A stretch of 58,162 nucleotides of DNA, the filler included, from Jimgerdemannia flammicorona (Eukaryota): NCBI GenBank assembly GCA_003990765.1. It is 3 parts of 3 records of this genome, joined end to end, with 100 filler letters (N's around TTAATTAATTAA, not from the genome) between each part and the next. Parts side by side here need not be neighbours in the genome. Positions count along the whole stretch, not along the records: positions 1 to 19,322 come from RBNJ01001969.1; positions 19,423 to 38,743 come from RBNJ01001970.1; 1 more part is not named here. One strand, given 5' to 3'. Positions within the stretch are counted from its first letter, which is position 1. Every line of letters starts with the position of its first letter. A model generated the notes under the pieces. It saw nothing but the letters and a program-made list of their open reading frames with translations. It was not told where the DNA came from and ran no database searches. Made by a program: the position numbers and the translations under genes. Positions 13,261 through 25,750 of this stretch are shown piece after piece.

Positions 13261-13817
13261 TAGTGCTCCGAACGAGTCAATCCGGATGGGATTCGGATGG
13301 ATTCGAATCCCATCCGAATCAACTCGGATGGGATTCGAATCAACCATTGTTTTAATTTCCAAATTAGACAATTAAATGTTTACATCAATAACTCGATGAA
13401 TAATCATCCCAATTTGATGTTCTTGATGTCATTTGAAAGCCCTTAATAAGGCCTTTCTAATGATACCAAGAACATTAAAATCGGATTACGTGTTACCGAG
13501 ATACTAAGGAAAACGTTCCATTTGACGAAATTTCCAAAATCGGCTATTCAGACGTTTTCCTTCATAACTCAGCAACGCATGATCCGATTTCAATGTTCTT
13601 GGTATAATTAGATAGACCTTATTAAGGGCTTTCAAATGACACCAAGATCATAAAATTTGGATGATTATTCATCGAGTTATTGATGTAAACATTTAATTGT
13701 TTAATTTGGAAATCAAAACAATGGTTGATTCGAATCCCATCCAAGTTGATTCGGATGGGATTCAATCCGAATCAATCTGAATCCAATCTGGATTAAATTG
13801 ACTCGTTAGGAGCACTA
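13261..13817. mobile_element. hAT-type MITE (near-palindromic, 557 bp)
   Basis: TIR TAGTGCTCCGAACGAGTCAAT / ATTGACTCGTTAGGAGCACTA; 8-bp TSD GTATTCAG (13253-13260, 13818-13825); long inverted arms; CpG retained. Confidence 0.93.
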
Positions 13818-14361
13818 GTATTCAGTGAATAAGATTGAAAGAGACAGTGAGAGTTTATTAGAGGAGAGCTGGAAGAGATGCTGGGAGGCAGAGAAGGAAA
13901 AGGATGAGGTGTGCTTTGAATTGGCTGGTTATATTATAGATGGAATGGGCAGATTTGATAAACTCTGGAGAGGTGGATGATTGGAGATTAGTGAGAGCTA
14001 AGCTGGAGATGGTAGAGTTACAATAGGTGCTGAGAGAGGAGAAGGAGATATATATGAAAGGAATGACAGCTATGCTGAGGTAGTAGAGATTTGAGGAGAG
14101 TGAGAGGTCTACTAGATACTTGTCAAGGCTCCTTTAGGTGAAAAGGGTGTAGCATCAATGGAATGGAGTCCTCAATATAGAAGGAGTAATAGTACATAGT
14201 ATACAACAAATCTTTGAGTTGCTGAAGGAGAGGTGGAGGGGTATGTGGAGTGAGAAGGATAGGAGTGCAGATGCAGAGGCAATTGGAGACACTCTAGAGG
14301 ATTGAGAACCACTATAGGTCAAGGGCCTGGGGGATTTGATTCTACTAGTCCAGGAGAAGAA

Positions 14362-16411
14362 TGTAAGAGGGTTGCTTTTTATGGAAACCATTATGTAGTT
14401 CTGGAAGAGTTTTCTGGAAGTTCTGGATATTCTGGAAGACCATTTTCTTATGGTCAAGATCAATTTCATATGGAGTATATCCTCTACGCTTATTGATTTC
14501 AAGATCGGGTTGATGTCTCAACCAAAGTCCTTTTTCGGACTAGTTCTGGATGTTTAGGATTTTCCGTATTTCAGGAAGTTCAAGAAACTAAGACCAGCTT
14601 AGTTGAATTGGTGTATTACTGCAGACAATACCCAATTAGAAAATTTCATGACAGGTTAGGAGTGGAATCTAACAGGGAGTGGATTTACTTAAGAGTGGTT
14701 TGTGGGTTATTGAATAGGTTTATTTGCTATTCATGGTATTGCTATATTAGGAGTAGTTGTGTGAAGGGATATTGTGGGGAAGTATTCAGGAATGTTCTTG
14801 TGTGTCCGAGTCTGAGATTCTGAGGTCTGAGGAAGGGGGTATTTATACTAGTGAGGGGCTATCTGGACTATGCTAGATATGGATGTAGCACTAAGTGCTT
14901 TGCTGAGTCGGAATGCAGTCATGTAGTACAAGTGTGATCTGACATGTCAAGAGATTGTCTGACTACTGAGTCAGTTCACAGTCATGTCATACAATGCTAA
15001 TCTAACCATACTATAACTGCTAGGCTATTTATGTTTTTAGGTGCTGTCTGGGTAGTCCTCAATGACATCACCATCAATTGCATCATCTCTGATGAAGTAG
15101 TTGTCTAGGAAGAGTGGTTCGCAGATTACTTCTCCTTGTTCACTGAGGTAGTAATACATTGGGACTTTGTCTCCATCCCACAGGATAGCATCATCTGTCT
15201 TGTAGGCTAGATAAGGTATTGGTGGATGAAGGATGGATGTATTGTCTTCACTTTCATTGGATTCACTGTCTGTGTACCTTCTATAGGTTACAGCACTATG
15301 AGTTATGGGATTGTAGTAAGCTGGCGGCTGTGGTTCATGTCACTTGTACTCTGGTGGTGGAGTGGTTGGTTTGACCTCAAGGGTTGTCTGGAGGTATAGG
15401 TTGTATTCTCCGGTCTCTTCATTGTAGTTGAAGTAATCAGGGGTGAATACAGGTTAGTATTTGTGCCAGTGGTCATTCTCCCAATAAGTCTTGTATGCAG
15501 TTATGAACTGTTGTAAGTTCATCAGCAAGGTTGGTGGAGTGATCAGGGTTAGCAGAGATCCTTGGCTAGAGGTCATGTCAGCATCAGAGGGATCATTGTT
15601 TTCTGCTTCGTCTTCATTGAAGTGGATTATATCATAGATGTCCTTCATGGCATATCCAACTTGGGGCATTTGCAGGATATGATCATTGGGGTGTAGGAAG
15701 GTTCTGTCTGTGGTTTCAATGTACTTGAGATACTTCTGGTTGAGTTCTTGTATCATATCATTGATTTGGCCATAGGACAGAGTAGCAACCATTTTGCTGG
15801 TAGTAACTCAGAGGCAGGGAATAATGGTACTGTACTCGTAGAAGAGTTCTCGATGTTTGCAGACAATGAGCTTCTGGTGTTGAGACATCTGGGTAATGTC
15901 TGTATCATGGTAGTATTCGACCATGTCTTCTAGGAGGTGGCCAATCTAGTAGTAGCTTGAGATTTGTCTAATTCGGTGGACCTCGCTAAGCATGTTCAGA
16001 GCATTCCATCGGGCTTCCATGAAGTAGAGAGGTGCTAGGCTATGGATATTCATGAGGGGCAGAGGGGGTGTGGCTCAGTTGACAATAACATTCCAAATGT
16101 CAGCGCGGATACAAGTATAGATCTTTTGTGTTTTTGGAAGTTGTAGTTATTGTTTGTTTTGGTTTTCTGATTCGACACATCTTGGTGCTCAGTATATATG
16201 CATTTGGTCCTGATTGGTAAGATTCTGTTTATGTAGATCTTATGTTCTGTGACTTCGTATTGACTCAGCTTTGTGTGCTGTGACTTCGGTTTGACTCAGC
16301 TTCGTGATCAAGCAGGTGATTTCTAGATTTGTTCAGAGGTCGTGTGAGATTCCAGTGGCTTGTTCAGAGGGTGACATGTAATTTCAGTGGCTTGGAGGTT
16401 GTGTGCTTACA
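14362..16411 (-). mobile_element. 2.05-kb solo-LTR-like insertion containing an ORF
   Basis: TGTAAG…CTTACA termini; 5-bp TSD AAGAA/GAGAA. Removing it restores the LINE ORF2 frame (QEEKI, versus QEEEI in the second LINE). TATAAATACCCCC on the minus strand near 14840. Confidence 0.75.
15037..16053 (-). pseudogene. 339-codon ORF of unknown function inside the solo-LTR-like element
   Basis: Single frame MNIHSLAPLYF…EDYPDST* with four internal stops, each explicable by one C>T change; contains PPEY and PPAY. Confidence 0.7.
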
Positions 16412-16439
16412 GAGAAGATCTAGAGAGCACTTGTAGCAA

Positions 16440-16462
16440 TTCATACAAAAAAAAAAAAAAAA
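16440..16462 (+). mobile_element. Extremely 5'-truncated non-LTR insertion (TTCATAC + poly(A))
   Basis: Flanked by a 16-bp TSD AGAGCACTTG(T/C)AGCAA at 16424-16439 and 16463-16478. Confidence 0.8.
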
Positions 16463-16684
16463 AGAGCACTTGCAGCAACTAAGCTTGGAATAGCACCAGG
16501 AGAGGATGGACTACCTTGGGACTTTTGGAAGAAGATAGTGAGTATCTCAGGAGTATTAGGAGAAATGATAGCCCTATGTGATCTTATTATTCTAAATAGT
16601 GAGTGAGTTGGAGGGCAGGACCTAAGGCTGTGGCCCTACTGTATAAAGACAAGGAAAGGTGGGAGGACTGAAAGAACTGATAAC

Positions 16685-17287
16685 TAGTGCTCCGAACGAG
16701 TCAATCCGGATGGGATTCGGATGGATTCGAATCCCATCCGGATGGATTCGAATCGGATTCGAATCAACCATTGTTTTGATTTCCAAATTAGACAATTAAA
16801 TGTTTACATCAATAACTTGATGAATAATCATCCAAATTTGATTATCTTGGTGTCATTTGAAAGCCCTTAATAAGGCCTTTCTAATGATACCAAGAACATT
16901 AAAATCGGATTACGTGTTGCCGAGATATTAAGGAAACCGTTCCATTTGACGAAATTTCCAAAATTGGCAAATCAAAGAATTTCCAAAATCAGCGATTCAG
17001 ACGTTTTCCTTCATAACTCAGCAACGCATGATCCGATTTCAATGGTATTGGTATCATTAGATAGGCCTTATTAAGGGCTTTCAAATGACACCAAGATCAT
17101 CAAATTTGGATGATTATTTATCAAGTTAATGATGTAAACATTTAATTGTCTAATTTGGAAATCAAAACAATGGTTGATTCGAATCCATCCGGATGGGATT
17201 CGAATCCCATCTGAGTTGATCCAGATGGGATTCAATCCGAATCAATCCGAATCCAATCCGGATTAAATTGACTCGTTAGGAGCATTA
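16685..17287. mobile_element. hAT-type MITE, second copy (603 bp)
   Basis: Same TIRs and body as 13261-13817; 8-bp TSD CTGATAAC (16677-16684, 17288-17295). Confidence 0.93.
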
Positions 17288-19322
17288 CTGATAACCAATC
17301 ATGCTTCTGGACATAGATAGAAAGATAGTTATAAAGGTGATCATAGTGAGATTACAGAAGATTGCCCAACAGGTGCTGGAGGAGGAGTAGTGGGGCTTTG
17401 TTAGAGGCAGACTTATGTATCAGGGATGGGACAGCTTGGATCTATGATATCATTGAAGGGGCTTAGGCTAGTAGATTAAATGGGAGGCTAATGTTTTTAG
17501 ACCAGGAGAAGATCTATAACTGCATTCAGTGGGCATGGCTGGGCAAGGTGCTGGATTGAATTAATATTCTCTCATGATTTCAAGCTTCTATGTTGAATCT
17601 GTTAGAGGGCAGTAGAGTGGTACTGATGTGTAATAGTCACCAGGGTCTAGCCTTTCTATTGGGGAGAGGTATTCCTCAGGGGGATCTGCTGTCCTCTATT
17701 TTATATACTCTTTTATTGGAGTCTTTGATGGATAGGATTTGATAGAAGATAGCAGGACTCTCTATCTATAGTGTAGTGTGGAAGGTGAGGGCCTTTGCAG
17801 ATGATATGGTGATTGGACTTGAATTAGTAGCAGATATTGAGGTACTTAAGGAGGTAGTAGAATAGTACAAGGTATACTCTGGGGCAAAACTCAACTAGTA
17901 TAAGTGTGAGACAATGATGTTGGGGAATGGGTTAGTGGAGGGAGATATCATTGGAACAATTGTCCCTATAGGAGAGACTGTACAGTACCTTGATATCTTT
18001 CTTTCAGTATATGGATCTGTCTTATCAAAAATATAGTAGAAGAGGAGGTTGGCTATCTGGGGGGAGACTCTTAGAAGTTGAGGAGATCAATACATCTCTC
18101 TGGCAGACCAGGTATTAATCCTGAATATCTACTAATTCCCTAAGCTATGGTATGTTGTATATCACTTAAACTTTTTGGCTTAGGTTGTAAAGAGGCTGAT
18201 GAAGCTGGCTAGAGATTGGATTTGGACTTGGAGGTGGTCCCAGATTAATTGGAATGCCCTTTCAATACTGGTAGTTAGAGAGGGGCTTAGACTGGTAGAT
18301 TTTCCTAAGTGGCTGTACTGCCTGAGAGCTTGGTGGCTGAAGCAGGCTATTGAACTACAGGGAGAAGAATGGGTGCTACTGATACAGAAGGTGTGGGAGA
18401 TGAGATTCTCCCCAAGAGGGTCCTTAGAGGATTTGCTATCTCTGGTGGATCTAGGAAGAAGTTGTCAGTTAAGATATAGAGATTTCTGATAGGAAGTGGC
18501 TGATAGAGCCCACCATATAGACTTGTGCTAATATAGTAATAAAGAGGAGATACTGTAGAGACCAGCTATGTAGAGGTAGGACAGACTGCTATTGAGGGGT
18601 ACTCCACTTATTAAGTTTGACATTAGTGATAGAGTAGAGTATTAGAGAGAATTGGGTCAGGATCTTTAGCCTAGCAGTTGGCAAGCAGTGGAAATTGGCA
18701 AGGAGTGGAACTGGGCAGAAGTCTAGTTGTAGAGTACTGAGGTACAGAGGTGGCTCTCTCCCAAGTTCTAGATAGTATAGTGACAGATACTATAGAGGAA
18801 TGTTATATTAAACTTCTATGCTGGATATCTGGTAGATGGTGGACAATTAGAATATGAGGAGTGTCACAATGTAGATTAAGTTAGGAGATTTATACAGACA
18901 CTAGAACATTGGCTGAGAGAGTGCAAATTTCTGGGAAACTTTTGATTAGTAGTTAGTAAATGATTGGGAGTCAGAAGGAGACTAGATGAGATGAGAGATT
19001 GATGGGAAGATTTGAGAACTAGGTTAGTAGGGGGTGTAGGCAATAAATAGCTCACTGTAGGGTGGGTTTTAGCTTTATGGATAGAGCTGGCTAGATATTG
19101 GTTCTTTGTTTTTAAGGAGGGATAATAACTAGATCTACAAGAGAAGCTAATATAATAGAAGAGGTTGGTGGGAGATTTACTGACAGAGTGGTGGGTGGGT
19201 TGGGGTCCCCAGGGTGGGCATCATTACTGCTTAGTGGAAAGAGTATATAAACAGAGTAGTGGACAGATAGTAATGGTTAATGACTGAGTGGTCTTTAATT
19301 ATGAAGGAGTGAGAAGAGGGGG

Positions 19323-19422
19323 NNNNNNNNNNNNNNNNNNNNNNNNNNNNNNNNNNNNNNNNNNNNTTAATTAATTAANNNNNNNNNNNNNNNNNNNNNN
19401 NNNNNNNNNNNNNNNNNNNNNN
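19323..19422. other. Assembly gap / contig linker
   Basis: 44 N + TTAATTAATTAA + 44 N. Confidence 0.95.
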
Positions 19423-19431
19423 AAAAAAAAA

Positions 19432-20610
19432 ATGATGTAATATTGAAAACCTTCATCACTATTATAATGTTGAGCTTTGTTTAATTCAGTAATACTAGAT
19501 CTTTTTACCACATCTACAATGTGATCTACACAATCTACCATAAAGCCTTTTGATCAGTCCAAAACTACTATCACATTTGAATTTGATATGGCTGGGAACT
19601 ATGAAGTTCAAATTCAATACTTTTATAATAACCCGATTACCAAATACATATAAGTAAAACCAAAGAGTGGTGTTAATTTTGTTTTGTCTACCTACATTGT
19701 CTCACATTTATCTTCCTAGCAATCTGTTAGTATGTAGACATTTTGGGCTCAATCATAACTGTAGTGGGCAACTATATCAATGCTATAGAATGGTGCCTTG
19801 CCCTTCAGTATAGAATAATTCTGATCAATGAGTTTTCTTTATTCCTCTGCCAATTTAGTATTTTTATCATAATTTCTCTCTAGCTTGGCTTTGGCTAAAT
19901 GTTCTCTATATCGCTTTAATAAATCTTGGACCTCTTCTTCTTTATAGGCTTTAAATTGTAAGTCATTCCATAAATGCTGACAGGTATTGCATAAATCAGT
20001 TCAGGAATTCATGATTTGAATATGCAGAGTTAGCTGGTGTCATAATTTGCTAAAGGCATCATATTTAAGTATATTCAGAGTGCTATCTTCTTCCAGGCCA
20101 GTAAGAAGTCTTGGTAAATGGATTTATAGCTCATTTCTACAGGTAAAAAGATAATTGATTGGGTCATGTGATTAACATTTCTTACTGACCATGAACTTTG
20201 GTATAATTCAAGAGAAAATTCTTCACCATGGGTAGCTGCACCTTTGTCAATATCTTAGTTTTTCACTGTAGCATTCTCTTTATATTACCATAGACTCATG
20301 ATAGAAGACCATTCTTAAGCAAGTGATTTCAAAATAATTGCAACCAATGCCAAGCATATTGAGGTAAGTTTTTTGGCAAATCAGAGTGCTACAATTTCAG
20401 CAGTAGACAGTTCTCTTATTGACTCAAGTCTTATTCTTAAGATGCTGACTAGTACTTGTCACTCCTCCATCCATAGATTTGAGTTGGGCCATTAAGAAAA
20501 TGTCTTGTTCAGATTTTATTAATGCTTGAAAGTCTTCTCACAATTCAGCAAATTCTTCTTTGGGTACTTTGATAGAACAACTACAATCACAGCTTTTTCG
20601 TATTTGGTCA
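19432..20610 (-). pseudogene. Sola-type DDD transposase, copy 2 (internally deleted, cut by the gap; Trp mostly TGA)
   Basis: Reverse complement aligns to ~35340-36715: KEEFAEL, TDLCNTC, SYD(TGA)AQNV, HIKFKCDSSFGLIK. Confidence 0.8.
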
Positions 20611-20867
20611 ATGTAAATTTTTGATCAATACTTTTGAAATACCTCTACATAAAACTAATTCTTATCACTAAGGTATACTGATTTGGCTGTAAAAAAAAAA
20701 TTGGAAGTTCACATGAGTACCTTAAGGTATGGGGTCCATCATTACTAACTGAGCTCAGATCAAGGCCTTTTTTGAGAATTTACAAGCCCTAATCCCCTTG
20801 ACAACCATATTTCCATAGCTTATATATACCTGAATTTCGTGTAACTGAGTTTTTATTCACACATTTT

Positions 20868-22020
20868 ATGATGTCATCTCCTACTTCTACTTTATTCTCC
20901 TTATCTGCTCCTGATACTCCTATGCCTACATCAGCTGCTGCTATTGCCAGATGGTATGACCATACCCTTACCATTACCTCCTTGTCCAGCCAAGTCATTG
21001 CTCACCAGTCTTTATCATCTGAAGCTATTTCTGACCTGTCTTTGCCATCTCAAGCCATTACTAGCCCTTCCTTATCCTTGTCTACCCAAGCTGTTGTCAT
21101 CCCATCTTTATCCACTCAAGTTGCTACCAGCTCATCATCAGCTTCTCTTGCAGACAAGTATAACATTCCTGTCAACATCCTCCTTAGCTGCCTATACATG
21201 AGTGTTTTAAAAGGGTTTCTTAAACAAATAAATAGCAAATTACATAAAGGAGTGAAGCTGTCTGGAAATATGAAAAAAAATGAGTTGCAGGATCAGTTGT
21301 ATAAGTTTCTTGGGCTCGGAAATAGTGGTTTAGTGATAAATGTTCAAGATTCTGTCACTATTTGCAAGGATCTGGAGTTTTTGAGAATCAATCATAGATA
21401 CATTGAAGCACTTAGATATGTAAACTGAACTGCATCTAAGAAGTCTTTTGAGGATTGCATATGCAACAATTGCCACCATAAGATCTGGAGATCTTTTGGA
21501 AATACTCCTTTACAAGCAGACGTACCTGAATCCGTCAAAACAGCCAAGCCACCATCAATAGCAATGCAGACCAACTCAAGTGCACCCACTCTTACTATTA
21601 TTCCTCAAGTAAAGAGTATTGTGGAGGCTGTTTATCAATGGGAGGATAGAACAATCAAGCAGCTTATGGATCTATACTGCAATACGGCTAATTGGCATAT
21701 TTTTAAGAATACAGTTTCTAAGTATAAGATAAGGATTAATTTATTTGAAATGGGCAAAAATTGGTAGGAATTATTAGTAAACCACATATTTTGGTAGGAA
21801 AATTGTCGAATTGTGCTAATTTCTCAAATTTTTTACATCATCCTTAAATTGTAGTGCCTGTACAAAGAATATGTTAATCATCAAAGTGATATGGATCAAT
21901 TTGTTACAGCATGTTCAGATGTTGATACAGATAGATAAAGAATTATATAGAATGTCCAAAAAATGATAGATAGATTGGAAGAACATAATAGTCATAATAA
22001 GCGAACACAATTGAGTAAGG
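20868..22020 (+). pseudogene. Ser-rich protein with possible GCR1_C-like C-terminal DNA-binding domain (Crypton-associated)
   Basis: 186-aa ORF continues past one TGA to IIPQVKSIVEAVYQWE…NWHIFKNTVSKYK, resembling GCR1_C by eye; lies directly upstream of the recombinase. Confidence 0.45.
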
Positions 22021-22091
22021 ATTAAACAAACATACAATATATATATATATATCACTCTTACCAATGTAATTTCAATTTTATTTTATAACAG

Positions 22092-23658
22092 ATGGGGATA
22101 ACTTCTGCAATTAATATGGCTGTCAATGCATGGATTTAACAAGATGAGGTTGAAGATTATACAGGCATACTTGGCATTTCAGCTAAAGAAGAAGCCATCA
22201 ATAATTCTGAAATAATTCAAATTGAAAAATTTCCAGCTCTTATTGATGCTGCTCAAGATGATCTTGATGATGATGATTATGAAGAATTATCTATAGTAGA
22301 TTATATCTCTCTTGTACAAAAGTAAGAGGTTCATGATATTAGTATAGTTACAGTGAAAAACTATAATTGATATGTAATTATTTCTGATATATATTGATAT
22401 ATACATCAGACATCTTATTTATTAAAATTATTACACATTATAGAATCATTAAAGCCTATACTATATTTCATCAAGAATGTGACCCTAAGTTTGATCCTGC
22501 TTTCTTGATGGAAGATACGCCAGGTCATATTTATGTATATGTTTATAAAAAATGCAATTTTGAAGATCAAAAGAATAGTGATGGAAAGGTTGTTGGATGT
22601 GAAGGCAAATCAGTAAGTATTTAAATATATTAATTGATATGTTTGATCACAAAAATATTGACAGCTCTTTTATATGTAGTATTCTCTTGCTATGGCAATT
22701 CGATCAGCAATTAGCAAATATTACTATGATTTATACAACTGCAGTGATCAGCAATGGAATTTCAGCTATGCAGAGAAGAATTGGATGGGTAATCCATCAT
22801 TATCTACCAAAGTCAGCAGATATATGCGAAGTCTACACAAGTGCAAGGCACAAGTAGGTGATAGTGCTGAATCTGTTTGAGCATTGACAAGTGATGATAT
22901 GAAAGCTCTTCATACACTTTGTTAAACAAAAGGTGCAATTGGAGCTAGATAATATGTAAATATTTTTATTTATTTCTTTATATCAACCAAATATGTATTA
23001 ATATTAACATATTATAGTGTATTTATTTATTTGTATTTCTTTGTCTTTTACATAGAGATGAAGCTTTGCAGATATAATAAAGACATGTTAAATATATGCC
23101 AGGCAGAACATAAGTTATCTTGACATTAGATTTCTGCAAAACCCATCAAGCTGGTGGTAAGTTTTACTTAATAATTTTAATTTTGATGACTTTATTCCAT
23201 TTGAACTAATATAATCTCTATTGCCTAAAGAAATACAACCATTTCATTTATATTATAATAATTATGTAAAGCACATATATCCAGTTTATGCCTATTTGAA
23301 CTAGAAATGCTATCATGGTAATTTGCCAGGTGTACTTTTCACCAAAGTCGATAAGCATGATTGTGTCCACATACATGGTCCTTTGCTTTATCCTGCATTC
23401 AAGGGCCAATTTGAGAGTGATTTACATGATACAGGTTATGTAAAGTGGTACTTTTATGGTACCCACTCTTTTCGAAGAGGTGGATGCCAGTACTGGTATC
23501 ATTATGCAACTCCAAAATGGGATATTTGACAACTGTGTGTTTGGGGTGGATAGAGTATTGAGTTTGATAGTTTAACTATTGTACAGTATATGGTCAGATC
23601 AAATGATATACATCATACTTCTAGGGATCTTTATATGAAACCTCAGACCACATACTGA
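22092..23658 (+). pseudogene. Intron-containing tyrosine recombinase (Crypton-like)
   Basis: Spliced reading: GCEGKS|YSLAMAIRSAIS…WMGNPSLSTKVSRYMRSL…FLCLLHRDEAL…KTHQAG…YGTHSFRRGGCQYW…LCVWGG…IVQY, i.e. decayed R, HxxR, W and Y catalytic positions; GT-AG introns. Confidence 0.8.
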
Positions 23659-24069
23659 TGATACTGAAGAATCTTCTTTTTTTAAATAAATATATTCATA
23701 AATTGTTTCAGTAAGTAATTGTTATTTGAATTTGACAGAAATCAGCTAAATTCATTAATAAGTAGCCAATTTAAGCTAGGAAACAGCTTATTTCTACTGA
23801 TTTCTAGCATTGATCATATTTATTTGAATAAGACAACAAAGATCACAATGTAAAATCATTATTTAGAAGTATGTATTTATATTTATATGAATTTACTTAT
23901 ATTTCTTATTAAGCTTCCAAAACTCAGACAGAACCTAATTATTTATATGTTGTCATTTGTATTTTTCCAAAACTTGAATTATTTTTCCAGAATTCAGAGG
24001 GAACCTAATTATTTAAAACTATGTAAGCTGTCAATTATTCACATGAAGTTCATTTTAATAAACATAATG

Positions 24070-25172
24070 CATAAATATACTTACGATCTTCTTCACTCAG
24101 ACCTAACACTTTGCCAGCTCCAGACTTCTCTTGTATTTTGATTGTAGCTGCCCAGGCAGTATCCAATCACGTATACATTTCATCCATACCAACCTTACTG
24201 ATTGTCGCAAGGATATTATCATACTGAACCTTCTAAAGTAGTTCTTTGAATTTTGTCTTTGTGATAACAGCATACACCTAAAACAAATAAAGTATAATTA
24301 GATTCTACAATCTATAAGTAAAAAATGTTAATATAATATAAACTTACCACAATAATAGCAAATACTGTCATTCTTCTATCTAGTGTTTTTAGTTAACATA
24401 TTTGGGCCAAACTTTGTGGCATTTTCAATCCACAATACAATCTGTAGTTATGGTGCATGAAGACTAGCCAAATGATTTCTTCAAATACTGGGCCAGAATA
24501 GATTCAATTGATAGGATACTCCTTGAACTTTGCTTGCCGAACAACATTGAGGTCAAATGTTTTGTCAATTGGATCTCCTGGAAGACTGAACTTGGTGCTA
24601 TGTTTCTCATAAACCATAAACATCTTGTCAGAGTCAAGCATCAACTGTCTGAATTGATGGTCCTTGTCAAGGTTGAAAATCTTTGAAAGATGGGGAATGA
24701 ATTTGGAGGGAAGACTAGACTTGATGGTGTCAAGGACCTGTCTTCTCATATCACTTGGCCAGACTACAATCTACAGATAAAAAATGAGATAATTAGAAAA
24801 ATGAGAAAGAAAGAGGGGAATATGCAGTGGTAATATAATGTATACCTTGCTCTGTTTTGCATTAGACTCCTTGGCAATCATCTCTTCCAAGTCAAACTCC
24901 ATACCACTTGATATTCTTTTGAGAGCATCTTTCTGCTCCTCTTTATTTGGCCATATATTGATAATGAGCATGTATCTGAGAAGCTCGATCTTTGTTGTTC
25001 TCTCTTGATCAGAATATATATCTTTGGGCTTAGCTTTCTGTTCACTGAGAAGTTTGGAATGGCAGACTATGATGGGAGAATCTTGTACTTGATGATAGAT
25101 AAATAAGTAGATAAGTGAGCAGTTTTTTTTTTTTTTTTTTGTCTATTTTAAAAGTTTGGCTTATACATCATA
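24070..25172 (-). pseudogene. Multi-exon hypothetical gene convergent with the recombinase
   Basis: ORF pieces 24771-24971 and 24504-24749 can be joined by GT-AG introns; scattered stops; no recognised domain; ends approximate. Confidence 0.45.
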
Positions 25173-25750
25173 ATGATGAAGTGAGAGTAGAGATTGGGGT
25201 GGAGAAGTGGGTTGGAGATTAGATTGGAGTGAAGTGGATTGAGATGAAGAGAAGTAGAAAAGGAGTGCCAAAGAGTAGGCTCTGCTTTTATATATGATAT
25301 ACCAGCCATACATAAGCTTCACTTATATATGTTAAGCTTGAATCACATATATCACTTAATATGTTAAGCTTGAATTATGTCATATCACTTATATTAAGGT
25401 GATTCAACATATGTAAGTAATTCAAGCTTAATATATGAAAGTGATCAACAGGTGATAGGCTCATTATTCACTATTTGGATTAAACCTGTACTATATTTTA
25501 ACCAGTTGCATTGAGCTTCTTGATCAGTCCCAGACTTCTCGAATTATTACTCAAGGCAACACCTCATGGTCATGGTCATAAATAATAACAATTTATATAA
25601 AATCAGTACAATTTGACCTTTTAAGCTATAGTTATATAATATTTATATATATTTTGCTGAATTCTGCAGATTTCTCAATATGATAAACTTGAGAAGATAT
25701 TATAATAAAGATACAACTGAGTTTTGTATAGTGCACAGTACTTATACTCA

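Larger units (their letters stand above)
1250..19322 (+). mobile_element. Degenerate L1/Tx1-like LINE (ORF1 + APE endonuclease/RT ORF2) interrupted by five younger insertions; 5' end approximate, 3' end runs into the gap
   Basis: ORF1 reads through the gypsy insertion (…KLSDWPSA|MLCRAFIYKVSRVKRREEEEEDLLE) and matches the LINE at 50395-55875. APE motifs SLNVNRL (~12440), GDFN (~12820), DHW (~13090). RT motifs GDLLSSILY and AFADD (~17790). Confidence 0.85.

Noticed and set aside
19367..19378. TTAATTAATTAA palindrome (also 38788-38799)
   Set aside because: It is centred in identical N runs, so it is an artificial stop-codon linker. Adjacency across these gaps should not be trusted.
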